Below, piece by piece: positions 39,085-50,202 of a stretch of DNA of 64,000 nucleotides. Positions within the stretch are counted from its first letter, which is position 1. The number at the start of each line of letters is the position of its first letter. The stretch spans positions 434,001 through 498,000 of the forward strand of contig MU053304.1 in assembly GCA_013239625.1 (NCBI GenBank), read 5' to 3'. The stretch is from Lama guanicoe (taxonomy: Eukaryota). Position numbers and translations under genes: made by a program. The notes under the pieces are model-generated. The model was not told the DNA's origin. It was given only the letters and a program-made list of their open reading frames with translations, and did not search any database.

Positions 39085-39450
39085 TTGGTTTCTAAACTGC
39101 CCACCAAGACACCCCAGGGCACTGCAGCAAATTCACAGGGCCGCCATAGGATCTTGTAGTTTTTTAAGGAAATGCAGTGAATGGGACATCTGTCATACAC
39201 TGTTCAAAACTGATGTGACCAGGAAATGAGAGGGGTAGTGTCTAATCTGATTCCAAGATTTGAGAAGCTGTGCAGTGCCCAACAGGCACACACACCCCAT
39301 TAGTAAGTCATTGTGATTATAAATGAAATAAACATGTTTTTTCTCTTAATTTAGGTGGCTTTTTCTGAAATAATATGACAGCCACTAAGTTGGGAAATAA
39401 ATACTTAAGGTTTTTGGACCTAATACTTAATGAAGAGAATTGTTAGTTAT
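39085..39450. mobile_element. hAT-Charlie-like DNA transposon remnant
   Basis: Contains GTGTCTAATCTGATTCCAAGATTTGAGAAGCTGTGCAGTGCCCAACAGGCACAC, recalled from Charlie-type elements; subfamily uncertain. Confidence 0.5.
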
Positions 39451-41789
39451 CTCCTTTGGTCTAGTAACCCACCACCACCACCACATGGGTATTGACCACT
39501 CAGCTCTGAACTGTGAGACAGCTCGTGGTTTTTTGGAATGCTTTTAAATTCTTGCACTTATTGAAGGAAATGTATTCAAAGTAAAAGAAGGCATTTTACT
39601 CAAATTTCTTAGAATGGCTTCTTAAGTGGCTTGGTTTATTCACATCATCCCCCAAATAGCTATTCTCAATTATAAGAAGATAAACAAAATTATTGAATGT
39701 TTCATATATATTATAATTGTTACCTTCACATTGGGTTAAAGTATGTATCCTTAGCTATCTATATGCTCTCGGAATGGTGCACAGGCCACCCTGGTGGAAT
39801 CGAGCTGTATGTGACTGATCTACCTATTTACAGAACTGGAATTTCATTTCATTGTTTTGTGTTATTGCAGAAGTTAATAATGGTCATTTTTTTCTTTCAT
39901 GGTACATTGTTGGTCACACACATTGGTTTCTTGGGGCCCAGCCCTTGGTCAGAATTAGAATCCATATCATGTCTTCTGGCAGATTGTCTACTAACTGTTA
40001 CTCTATTTTAATTGGTTTGTATTCAGCAATGATCTACAATGCATTTGGTACAATTAGGCTATGGTTTTTCTTGGAGGGTTCACAGTTGCTTAAAAGTAGA
40101 CGTTTTATGATGTTGCAGTGGTTTTATGACCATAGTGATCCTCAAACGTTTTCAGGCTCAAGTGGTATCATTATGGCACAGACTTCCAGGAGCTCGGTTG
40201 TGGATATGGTGGCATTTTAGAGGAGGCACACAATCATTTGCAGAGGAAAACCTCCTTGGCCTCCCAGGGAGGCAAGTAGCCGCTGGGAGTGTCCTAAAAA
40301 TGTCATTGCATAACAAGGGACTACCAGGTAAAAGTCCAGTCACTGTTTGTGACTTTGGCAGGCCCCTGAGCAGAGCAGGAAGATAACAGAAAGCCCACCC
40401 ACCTAATAAGCAGACCCATTTGGTGCCACAGTCAGTAAATGTTCTGTCCTTAAGATGGATTCAGACTGCACTGTCTCCAAGGAGAGGAATGAGCTTTTCC
40501 TGGGGAGATGCTCACCATGAGGCTGACTGGCAGAGCAGCTCACCAGGGACAGTGTTGACAAAGGGATCGGGATTGTAGAATCCACCATCACTTTCCCATG
40601 TGACTGGGACCCACCCTTTCTCAGCACCTTCCAAATTAGGTGACTGCCCAGCACTGCTGTCCAGCAGGCCTTGGCCCCGGGTTCTAGTGGAAACCACAAG
40701 AGTCAGACTCAGGACATTGTGGGAAGGCTGGCAAGAAGGACCCAGAGAAAAACCGAGAAGGAGAAGTTTTCCTAGGATTCAGAATGGCACTGCAGATGGA
40801 TTTCTATGTCAAAAAAGTATGTACATATTCTTTGATTCTTGATATATAGGATCAAATGCTTTCTAGAAAGGTTTGTACCAGTTTCCACCCTTTGTTGTCC
40901 CCTGACATACTGATACCAGTCACCTCCTGGGCTGTGCTGACAAGGGACACTGCCATGAGCACACACCCCAGACCACCTGCAGCCGAGGGAGCCTGCATGA
41001 GGCCATGCAGGGCTCTAAGAGCCAGACTGGAATTGGTTCCCTAAGGAAGCCTTTCCCATCATCTGCTTAGTTCAGCAAATATTCCCGGAGCGCTGGTGAT
41101 GGTCCTTGTGCAAGATCAGCTTTTTGTGGACATGAATGTCCTTCAACATGTTAATAGGCTTTCTGTGAAAAAAAAAATCTGGCTCAAATAAGTTTGGAAT
41201 GAGCTGCATTTTAACCTTGTTCTTGGAGACTTCTTAGTATATTGAAGACTGAGTTCTGTAGAAAGAAAACACTTTTAACGTTGTTTAACCCAGTATTTCT
41301 CCTAACTGGACAGATCTCACCTCTTAGGCACATCTTAGAGCAGAGAGACAGTTGGGAGGCACCAGACTGCATAACGGTGTAGGATCCCACCTCTTACCCA
41401 GGAGCCTCACAGAGCAATCGAGTTAGTTCAATGAGACTGCTTGGCTGTGAGGCACCGGGTGGGAACACTGGAGGTTCATTGGGTCAGAGAGCCCTGGGGC
41501 TGCAGATGAGGGAAGAGGGGCTCCAGGCCAGGGGTGCAGGAGGGCAGCCCCGATGGCCCTGGGCCACCCCCTCCCAGTTGGGCATGAGTCGAGCAGTACT
41601 CTGTGGTTCTGTTGAGAGATGAGCCATGAGCTTCACAGCCTCTTCTGAGGCTGATTCACCTCCATCTGTTCCCTGTCAGCCCGGAACCCCCACCAGAGAC
41701 GTGACCCCCACCTCCATGCCCTCCCTCTACAAGCTGTCTGCTCATGAAGGCCCTGTTGGCCTTGGACACTGGAGCCTGGAGCCTTGTAG

Positions 41790-42320
41790 TCTCTTGTTTA
41801 CTAGTATGACTCAGAGACCACAGAAAACCCAACCTGAACCAGCCTAAGCTAGGAAGATATTTACTGATTTGTATAATTTAAAAGTCCAGAGATTGTTCTA
41901 GCTTCAGGCACAACTAGACTAGGGGCTCAAGCAATGTCATCAGAACTTAGGGTTCCTCTGTCTCTTGGCTCAACTCTGGTCCTATCTGTATGGGCTGCAG
42001 CCTCAGCTTCTCACTTAACTGCCTGAGTTCAAGGCCCAAGGCCCAGGCCCAAGTTTGTTCCTTTCCAGCAACTCAGTCAAAAATTCCAGAGCTCACTCTG
42101 ATTGGACCAGCTTGGGTCATGTGCCAGCTCTGAGCCAGTCAGTATGTCTCAGGGGGACCGTGGGCACTGATTGGCCAAGACTAAGTCATATCCTGTCCGT
42201 GGGGCTTAAGAGTGGGAGAGAGGAAATTCTCCAGGAGGCAAAGTGGATAGTTTTAGATTATTGCCAAGAGAAGGGTGACAGGATGGCTGCTGGTGGCAAA
42301 AACAACAGATGTCCCCAGTA
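41790..42320. mobile_element. MLT1 (MLT1J/K-like) ERVL-MaLR solo LTR
   Basis: Motifs CAGAAAACCCAAC, AGCTTCAGGCAC, CTGATTGGACCAGCTTGGGTCATGTGCC, CTGATTGGCCAAG, ACAGATGTCC. Confidence 0.75.
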
Positions 42321-43574
42321 CCTTCTGGAATCCTCACCATCAGTTCCTTCCTACAAAGGATCTGCTCCCTGCCAAAAGCCTCACAGCTGGGCCCCAGCAT
42401 GGGTGCATGTGAAATGAGGTTGTCCCAAGTGACCACCTGGCACTTCTTGTTGCTATGGCAGCAGCCTTGATGGAGAGCTTATGAGGACATATACCCTCCA
42501 CGCTGGGTTCTTGGCTATGCTCAGGACTTTATGGAATCCACACCAGCCAGCCACTGGCTGCTAGGCTTTCTCCATAAATAACACATACCATTCACCCAGT
42601 ATATAAGGTCAATGTTCCAGGCGGCCTTAGAATATGTCAGCCATATTTCCTGATTTGAGCTTTTATCACCTCTCTAAGCTCAGACCAGACCCTGTGGCAT
42701 TGGCTGAGGTCTCTGGAGAGGATGGCCTGGGGACTCCCCTGGCCCCTTCCCTGGCTGGCCCTGCCCTTGCCTTCAAAGACTTGAGGTTGAGAGGGACAAG
42801 CAGCCACACTGCAGAACTGGACTACCCCAAGTAAAGCTGTTACCATGGTTTCCATCCTCATGAAGCAGCATCCACCAGGAGGGGACCAAGAAGTGGCCAG
42901 GGGCCTGAGGACAGGGCAAGCCTGTGTCCAGGACAGGGAGATCACAGAGGAAGCTGGCAAAAGTAGGCCGAGCATCAGGGCCCTGGAAGGACCGGGATCT
43001 AGAAAGCCTTTTGACCCCTGGCCAGCAAAGGAGATGTGGAGACAGCACTGGATTCTGGCACTTGGGCCTGGGGCAGCCTGGCAGACAGCTGAGTTTCAGA
43101 GTGCAGGTGGGAACCCCTGACCCCCAATTCCAAGCAGCTGAAGGCCCTGGGGCCACACTCAGGGCAGCAGCCTCTGTGAGGAGTCCTACAGTAGGGCCAG
43201 AAATGGCCAAGAGCTGAGCCTACCCTAGGAGGGCATTGCGCACACTAAGCATTTGAACAGAACCAAGCAAGGGGGAGCCCAAGGGGCCAGAACCCAGAGA
43301 AGGCACATGACTCCAGAGGAGCTGATCCTGGCCTCAGCTCTGGCTCTAGGGAGGCCTGGGGTCTCCTCTCCAAGAAACCAGGTCCCTGAAATGGGCCATC
43401 AGCTGCCCAGAGGGAAGGCATGGGGCATAACCACTGACTCTTATGTCTGACCAGGGTGCTGGCTAGAGAGGGAGGAAGATCTTGCTGTGAGGGGTGGGGG
43501 TTGCTGGGGGTGTGTTCCCTAGGCTAGGGCCCACTGAAGAGCTCTTCTCTGAGCTGAGCAAAACAGGGAGCCCC

Positions 43575-43606
43575 TGCAGTTCCTCTATGTCCACCAGAGG
43601 GCGCCC
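43575..43606 (+). promoter_or_regulatory. CTCF site with upstream (ZF9-11) motif
   Basis: TGCAGTTCC-tctatgt-CCACCAGAGGGCGC: near-perfect core plus the upstream motif at canonical spacing. Confidence 0.7.
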
Positions 43607-44554
43607 ATTCCTCACAAATCTTCCAGCTTGGGCTCCTTGGGCACCCTGTTCTTGCTTTTGGAGACTTTGGGACTAGGATCAAGGTGACCCTGGACCCTGA
43701 GGCCACGTCCCAGGCAGTGATAAACTGTACTAAGCTCAGGACTAGAGAAAAGTGTGTTCTGCTGAAGGCAGCAAGGGCTGTTCTAAGCCGAATCTTTAGA
43801 GGGGTGAGGCAATGCAGATGTTACTGGGGGGTGCAGGGAGTTAGCACAGATGTGGGACCCTATGAAAGGCAGCCCTAGGCCATGGCACAAGCCGCATGCT
43901 ATTGTTCCCTTAATGCAGAGAAGACTGAGGCCTAGCAAGGTCCAGTTATTTGCTCCATATTAACATATCTGCATGTCTGTTTCTGTACAAGGCTTACTAA
44001 GGCTCTGGCCTCCTTTCTGGGGGTTTGGGGGGTTGTAGTTCCAAACTGGGTTAGATCTGATCCCAGCTCCGTATGCTGTCTGTTATGTGGTCTTTCTGGA
44101 CCCCTTCCCCCGCCTCAGGAACCCCCTCTAGGCTTTGGGCTTTGGGCCTTGGGAACATCTGCAGGACTGAGCTGCCCTGAGCGGCAAGACAGAAAGCAGC
44201 TGGGCAGTCTTGCCTCGAGGGGCAGCAGCACAGCGTTGCAGACACATGGGATGGGCACACAGGGTCAGAGGGTCCCTCCTACCAAAGCCTTGATCTGACC
44301 TTGACCCAGCTTGATGTGAGATGGGCAGCCAGGCCTCCATACTGAGTCCTCACTCCACATTCCACAGGCTACACCCTCTGTGAAGGGCCAGGCCCTCCCA
44401 GAGCGTGGGCACCTGGCAGAAACCATGAGTGTAGGCACAGTGAGGTATGGAATGGTGTCCCACCACCAGGAGGTGCCCTGTCATGTGTCTCCTGCCCATT
44501 TCTGTTATCTCTGGAGCCTAGAACGGTGCCTGGTACAGAGAGAACCCTCGGAGT

Positions 44555-44935
44555 GGATGGATGGATGAACCAATTAATGGAATGGACAGAATACTCACCA
44601 GGTGCTGGAGAACTTGGTGAATCAGACGTGGCCCCTGACCTCGGTGGGCGACAGCCAAAAAAACACACAAACTGATAAACACACATGCTCACATTGTGAA
44701 AATTGCTGTGACCAAGAGAGAGAATTGGGACGGGCCTTCTTTAGAATGCGGACCAGGAAAGGCCTCTTGGGGAAATCATGTTCCTATTGAGACCTGACAT
44801 GGAGTGAGTCCTGAGAAGTCTGGGAGTCAGGCATTCCTGTGGTGAGAAAAGCAAGTGCAAAGGCCCTGAGGGAGGACAAAGCCTGCCATGGACACAGGAG
44901 GTTGATGTGGCTGGTGAGCTTGGAGCAGAGGGAGA
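44555..44935 (-). mobile_element. L2 LINE 3' fragment
   Basis: GGAAAGGCCTCT...GAGACCTGA...GGCATTCCTG...AAGTGCAAAGGCCCTGAGG...TGGCTGG...GGAGCAGAG, typical of L2. Further L2 pieces lie at ~1.2-1.55, 14.4-14.6, 25.2-25.5 and 38.06-38.23 kb. Confidence 0.6.
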
Positions 44936-45564
44936 GGGGCCCTTGTCTTGGAGCTTTCACTTCCATGGAGTGACTGAACCCAATTTGGTGGGCTCCCTGG
45001 TATGACCAGCCTTCTCTCTTGATCTGCCCTCTCCCTGGCCCACCTTGGTCACACCTCATCCTTGATTCCCCTGGCCCAGCCCAGGCCTCCAGACCTGTGC
45101 ACCCAACAGCCTCTGACAGTTTACCTCAAAAGCAGTGAGGCCACCACACAGCACCAAACCTTCATCCCCTGCACCTTCCAGATGGTAAGACTTCTCCCTG
45201 GGCTGGAGGGCTCAGGACTGAGTCTGGGATCCTTGGTGGGACCTGCCTCCAACATCCAATTCATCCCTGAGTCTAGACATTTTATCCCATGTGATAATTT
45301 AAATATACCCGTTTCTCTCCCTCCTAGCATCTCCCCTCAATCCAGCACTTCCCACCCCAACCTCTGCAGATGTCACTGCAGTGCTTTCCAGGGATTTTTC
45401 CTATTTAAAACCTCTATGGCTTCCCCAAATCCTACCTCGGTACCTGGCTCACAGAATGCTTGTCCCTGGCTGCCCTGTTTGCCCATGCGCCCTCCGTCAC
45501 CTCTTGCGTGAGGGATGCCCACGCACGGCTCATCCTCCCCACCTTTTCTTCATCCTCCTGGCCC

Positions 45565-45628
45565 TACCAGTCTCAGCTTCAATGCCAACACCCCAATACC
45601 AGTCTCAGCTTCAATGCCAACGCCCCAA
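45565..45628. repeat. 32-bp tandem duplication (2 copies, 1 mismatch)
   Basis: TACCAGTCTCAGCTTCAATGCCAAC(A/G)CCCCAA x2. Confidence 0.95.
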
Positions 45629-47139
45629 GGGAAGCTCTCCCTCCTTTGTCACGTCCCTTTGTCCTTGTGCTCAGAGCACTCTTATCAGTGGCCCAGGATA
45701 GCAGATTGTCCTTAAGGAGTTTTAACGGGTGCCTGGTTATTAACATCTGCCCCTCCTCTCGTCCCAACCCCCAACTTGGCATCTTGAAGACAGATGACTC
45801 CTTCATGCAAATGGTGGAGGCCTGAGAGGCTGGAAGGGAGGAACATCAGGATGGGGTGGGAGGTATAGATGAAATACCCAGTCTCCTCCCCTCGGGAGGG
45901 GCTGGAGTCCCAATGGCTCGTTCTTGTCATAGGCAGTAATGTGCCCCCACCTGTCTAGGCAAGGAACCCCCACATGGCCAGTGCTAGAGGGCAGAGGTGG
46001 GGAGGGTACATGGCTTCTCTGTCCCTACACCCTCCTCTGCCCACAGCCACTCTTGCAAGACTCAGAGGTACTCCAGACTGAGGAAAACATCCCTAAAGAA
46101 GTAGGGATGACCTTCCCTTTCCTCACCCCCATGATTATCTCACTTAGACCCCTTGACACCAGAGAAGCCTCTTTAAGACCATGTTTAGGAGGGACAAAGA
46201 GGCCAGCATCACCCAGCCAGCAGTGGCAGAAGAGCAGAGGTGGTAGGTCCTGCAGCCTCTCTTACCTTTAAATTGAAGCCTGTTCCCAGCACCCGAACTG
46301 CTGTTTCAACTCTCCCTGACCCCTAAGAGAAGGTACAACCACACTATGGTGCTTGCAGGGGGCTTAAGATTTGTGGACCCCAGAAGGTTCTTAGAGGGCT
46401 CTTATGTCACCTGAGGGTTCAAGCTTGAGGTCACTTGATCGGCTCTCACTGCTCACTTGTCTGAAAATCAACAGCTCACCTACCACCTCCATCTGTGTTC
46501 AAAGGGCAAGGTGGCCCACCCCTCAACTAACCAAGTCACTTGTTTCTCCTAGAGGCCAGAGATTAGCAAATGCAGGGCAAGGCTACACTAGTGACCTGGA
46601 AGAGAAGTCCTGGAGATCAGAAGGTGCCAGATGTCACCACCAGGGGGAGCCATTCTGTGGCCAGGACAACCCAGTGAGGCCTTTGAAGGCCGCATCAGCT
46701 GTCCCACTAGGAGGCGGCATCCCTGAGATCTTTGGACGTGGATTCACACTTGGCCTGTGCCACCCCCTACCTCACCCTCAGGACCCACCAAGGGCAGCCC
46801 CACCAAGTGCCTGTAACTGTGTATATACCTCTTTCCAGGGAACCCAATGACATGGTTTTACCAACCCGGCTCCCCCTTTAGCCGGTAACTCCAGTGCCCC
46901 CACCATATCCCACTAGCCAACAGCAGCTCAGTCCTTGACCACCATGGTCACCCACCCCTCCCAGTTGTTTTCAATCCACTGTCCCCAAGAAGGACAGCTG
47001 GGCCAGGGCCAGAGTTAAGATCCTTCCCTCCTCCCTCCCTGCCCCCTCCCCAGAAAGCCTAAAAAAACCAAAACAAAACAAAACAAAAATCAGGCTCGAG
47101 ACAGTTTTGTTAGAACAACTCAGCAAAATAAAATTCCGG

Positions 47140-47145
47140 TTTATT
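47140..47145 (-). terminator. PTMA polyadenylation signal AATAAA
   Basis: tttatt on the + strand at the end of the PTMA 3'UTR, with T/GT-rich sequence downstream on the - strand. Confidence 0.8.
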
Positions 47146-47248
47146 GTTGGACAACATTGTTTCACACATACATCAAACAGGCCAAAAAAAATAAACAGCA
47201 ACTTCATAGACAAAAAAAGGAAAAAAAAGAAACCTTTTATCTTTGGCC

Positions 47249-47334
47249 TTTTTAACCATCTCATACAAACCAACTACTTATAGTACAGCTAAGTACATAC
47301 ACAAAAAAAGTTACTGGAATGCTCGGAATAAGAT
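47249..47334 (-). ncRNA. MIR1244: miR-1244-homologous segment in the PTMA 3'UTR (annotated mature 47254-47279)
   Basis: The - strand reads ATCTTATTCCGAGCATTCCAGTAAC...AAGTAGTTGGTTTGTATGAGATGGTTAAAAA, near-identical to human mir-1244 as recalled. Its status as a real miRNA is doubtful. Confidence 0.55.
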
Positions 47335-47803
47335 TGTTTTTTTGTTGTTGTTTTTGTTTTTTTTACAAGGTTTTTTTTCTCCTTTGAGATTATAATGAAC
47401 ATGGTCACACCACAAGTAAAGTCAGAAGCAGGACAGAGAACGCTCCGAAGGCTGGTTTGGTCATCCGAGATCATTAAAAATGGCTGACCCCTAACAATAT
47501 GTACAAAAATATAAAATGTAAATAAAAAATACAAACAAATTTTCCTTTTTAAAGTACTTTAAGAGAAAAAGCAGGGCCTTGGACGTTTTGGTTCTTTTTT
47601 CTTCCCCTGTTGCAAATTCACGTTGTGGTTTTGGTTGGGTGGTGGAGAGCGTGTCATCTGCAGGTGGCGCTGCCCGCGGCAGGCAGGCAGGCCTCTCTAC
47701 TCGAAGGTGACCACGTTTAGATTCTGAGACGGGAAGTGGAGGGTGAATAGGTCACGGTGGCCTTTTTTTTTTTTTTAAGTTTAACTTTTCCTTTTTTTGC
47801 TGT

Positions 47804-47851
47804 CTAGTCATCCTCATCAGTCTTCTGCTTCTTGGTGTCAACATCGTCATC
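47804..47851 (-). CDS. PTMA: PTMA exon 5 coding part (48 nt, ends TAG)
   Basis: cctgcccag|GAT GAC GAT GTT...GAC TAG translates DDDVDTKKQKTDEDD*, including the caspase site DDVD and NLS KKQK. Total CDS is 333 or 336 nt. Confidence 0.97.
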   Translation of the reverse strand, partial: DDDVDTKKQKTDEDD

Positions 47852-48125
47852 CTGGGCAGGGAAAGATTTGTCAAGGCCCCTGCCAACCTACCAGGCCCAC
47901 CCACCAGCCTCAGCTCCTGCTGGCAGAGCAGAGCCCAGGCACAAGCAGCCTCGGGGGCCTCGAGAGCTCTGGGAGGCTGGGCCCACTGTTCCTGTTCCTG
48001 CTCAAGATGAGGAGGGAACCACTCAGGACCACACATCACACCAACTACAACTATTGAAATCCCACCAGCCCCTCCAGTTTTTGTGCCTCAGACTCCAACC
48101 CTCTCCCGACTCACCCCAGACCCAC

Positions 48126-48199
48126 CTCATCATCTTCAGCTGCCCGTTTGCCCGTAGCTGCCTCAGCCTCCTCATCTTCATCTCCATCCTCTTCCTCAC
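48126..48199 (-). CDS. PTMA: PTMA exon 4 (74 nt)
   Basis: ttctctccag|GT GAG...GAT GAG|gtgggt translates (G)EEEDGDEDEEAEAATGKRAAEDDE. Confidence 0.97.
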
Positions 48200-48678
48200 C
48201 TGGAGAGAATAAAGCCCAGGTAAACCACTGCCTTCCTCAGCCAACCCAGGGGCAGCCAGAAATGGGGACGGGGACAAGACGACCGCAGCTCCTTGGGCAA
48301 TCTGCCAGTAACAGACTGGCCAGGGTTGAGTGCCCCTGATCTGTCTCTGCTGCCTGACAAACTGGGTAGTCAGGGTACCCACCCTACCCACCACAGGGGT
48401 CTCATTTTCAGAGGGAAGAGGGCCCAAGCTGCTGCACACAAAGAAGCCAAACCAACTGATCTGTCTGTGAAGGGCTCTCTCCAGTGGGAGTGAGAATCTG
48501 AGTGTGGAGCATGTGGGGCACAGCTTCACATCACTAGCCTAAAGCAAGAAGGAAGATGCTGACCTTACAGGTACAAGCCCAGTTGTAGGTGGTCCACTGG
48601 CCCCCACCCCTGAAGAGCCCCCAATTCCTCCCCATCTGCTGGAAGTCCAGGGGAAAGTACACAGACAAGGCTACTCAC

Positions 48679-48775
48679 CATCACCTTCCTCTTCCTCCTC
48701 CTCTTCCTCCCCACCTTCTTCCTCTTCTTCATCTACCTCATTGTCGGCCTCCTGCTCCCCATTTTCCTCATTCTC
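48679..48775 (-). CDS. PTMA: PTMA exon 3 (97 nt from the first GAG acceptor, 94 nt from 48772 with the second)
   Basis: ctttctgtcGAG|GAG|AAT...GAT G|gtgagt translates (E)NEENGEQEADNEVDEEEEEGGEEEEEEEEGD. Confidence 0.96.
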
Positions 48776-49037
48776 CTCGACAGAAAGCAGACCAGAGTAT
48801 TTATAACGACAGAGCATCACTCTGTCCTCATCCCTTCTTCCAGACCTTGGCCATGCCTCTACAGACCAGACCACCCAAGAGACCATCAATTAATTGGCAC
48901 CCCTGAATCTCCAACAGGAGATCTTGACGCAGGACTGTGCAAGGCCTCGACCTCCTCCCCCACCACAGATTAAGCTCAAAATCTAAGAAATCTTGCCCAG
49001 GAGCTGCTAGAGGGTCATGAGCAAAGTGAACACTCAC

Positions 49038-49109
49038 AGCATTCCCATTAGCAGGTGCCTCTCTCCCATTCTCTGCCTCCTCCACAACTTCCTTCTTCTC
49101 TTTTAAGTC
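49038..49109 (-). CDS. PTMA: PTMA exon 2 (72 nt)
   Basis: ttttgaag|GAC TTA...AAT GCT|gtgagt translates DLKEKKEVVEEAENGREAPANGNA. Confidence 0.98.
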
Positions 49110-50196
49110 CTTCAAAAAGGAAGAGGGAACCAGTAAGTTTTTTGAGCAACCCAGGGCTGGCAGAGGCTCCCAGGCCTACAGGTAGGAATGACGCAGTGTT
49201 GATCTGGATGTCCAAACTTAAGAAGCCTAAGTTACACAGGATACTTAGTGTCTTTGTGGTCAGCATTTTATCCTACTTTTCAACCCTTAAAAACACACTT
49301 AAAAAGGAAGGCCCACTACAGCTATTCCCACCGGCCCCATACTCATGCTTCTTAGGAAAGGAGCCATGTGGCACCACAGCCCGAAACCCGTCTGGCCGGG
49401 CAGACGAGCCCGGAACACTTCACTCACACACTCATTACAGATTTGTTTCCAACCAGAGGGAGCTCCGCCTCTCAAATCCTTCTTGGAAGACAGCAGGTAT
49501 GCGCCATAAATAAGGTAAGAGGGGAGGACCCTGACACTGCGGGAGGACTCCCGTGGGCGGACCATCCCGGGAAGGGAATGGGAGGGAGCTAACAGGCAAA
49601 ACTGGGGAGGCCGCCTCATTAGCCGAGGCCCCGCAGCCAAACTCAAGTTCCAGGCCCACGGTACCCTAGGACCTGACAAGCGCAGGTTTTCTGAAGGAAC
49701 CCGAATCACACCAGTTCCCCCATACCCTACAACGGTCCCAGGAGATAGCCAACCATTGCCTGGAAATGGCGGCGAGCTCAGGCGACGCTCTCCTGGGCCC
49801 GAAGCCTTTCTCGTCCCAAAGGCGCGCCACTTAGAGCGCCCCGTTTCCCTCCCAACCTCTCTAGCGCCTCGCCAGGAGGACACGGCCCGAGTTCCGGAAA
49901 GCAGTAGCCGCCACGGGAACCCCGAAGCCCCGTAACTTTTTCCACCCGGCGCGGCACTCTGCCACCAACACAAACAGGCGTCGAGAGGCCCGGGTGCGGG
50001 AGATCGCTCAGCCGGGGCACCTGCCGGGCCAGTCCTCCCCATCCGGCCCACCGCGGACCCCGGCGCCGCCCGCTCCCGCCCCCTGGCGGCCGAAGCCCTG
50101 GGGAGCTGTGGGGGCGGGGAGGTCGAGGCGCGCAGGCGCGCACCCCCGCCCGGCGGGCTTTGCGCGCGGGCCTCCGCACGCACTGCGCGCGCGGAG

Positions 50197-50202
50197 CACG
50201 TG
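50197..50202. promoter_or_regulatory. Canonical E-box CACGTG (MYC/MAX, USF) in PTMA intron 1
   Basis: gagCACGTGgcc within the CpG island; an intron-1 E-box is the known MYC-responsive element of PTMA. Confidence 0.65.

Larger units (their letters stand above)
47112..47803 (-). other. PTMA: PTMA 3'UTR (end approximate)
   Basis: U/A-rich UTR from TAG to just past AATAAA, followed by a GU-rich downstream element (tttgttttgttttgg). Confidence 0.8.

Noticed and set aside
39745..39752. GTATCCTT U12 donor-like motif
   Set aside because: Intergenic, downstream of the PDE6D poly(A) site and with no exon context; it shows such motifs also occur by chance.
47752..48039. Basic ORF ending RQQKKEKLNLKKKKRPP overlapping PTMA exon 5
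   Set aside because: Shifted frame running into 3'UTR poly-A runs; no splice pattern supports it.
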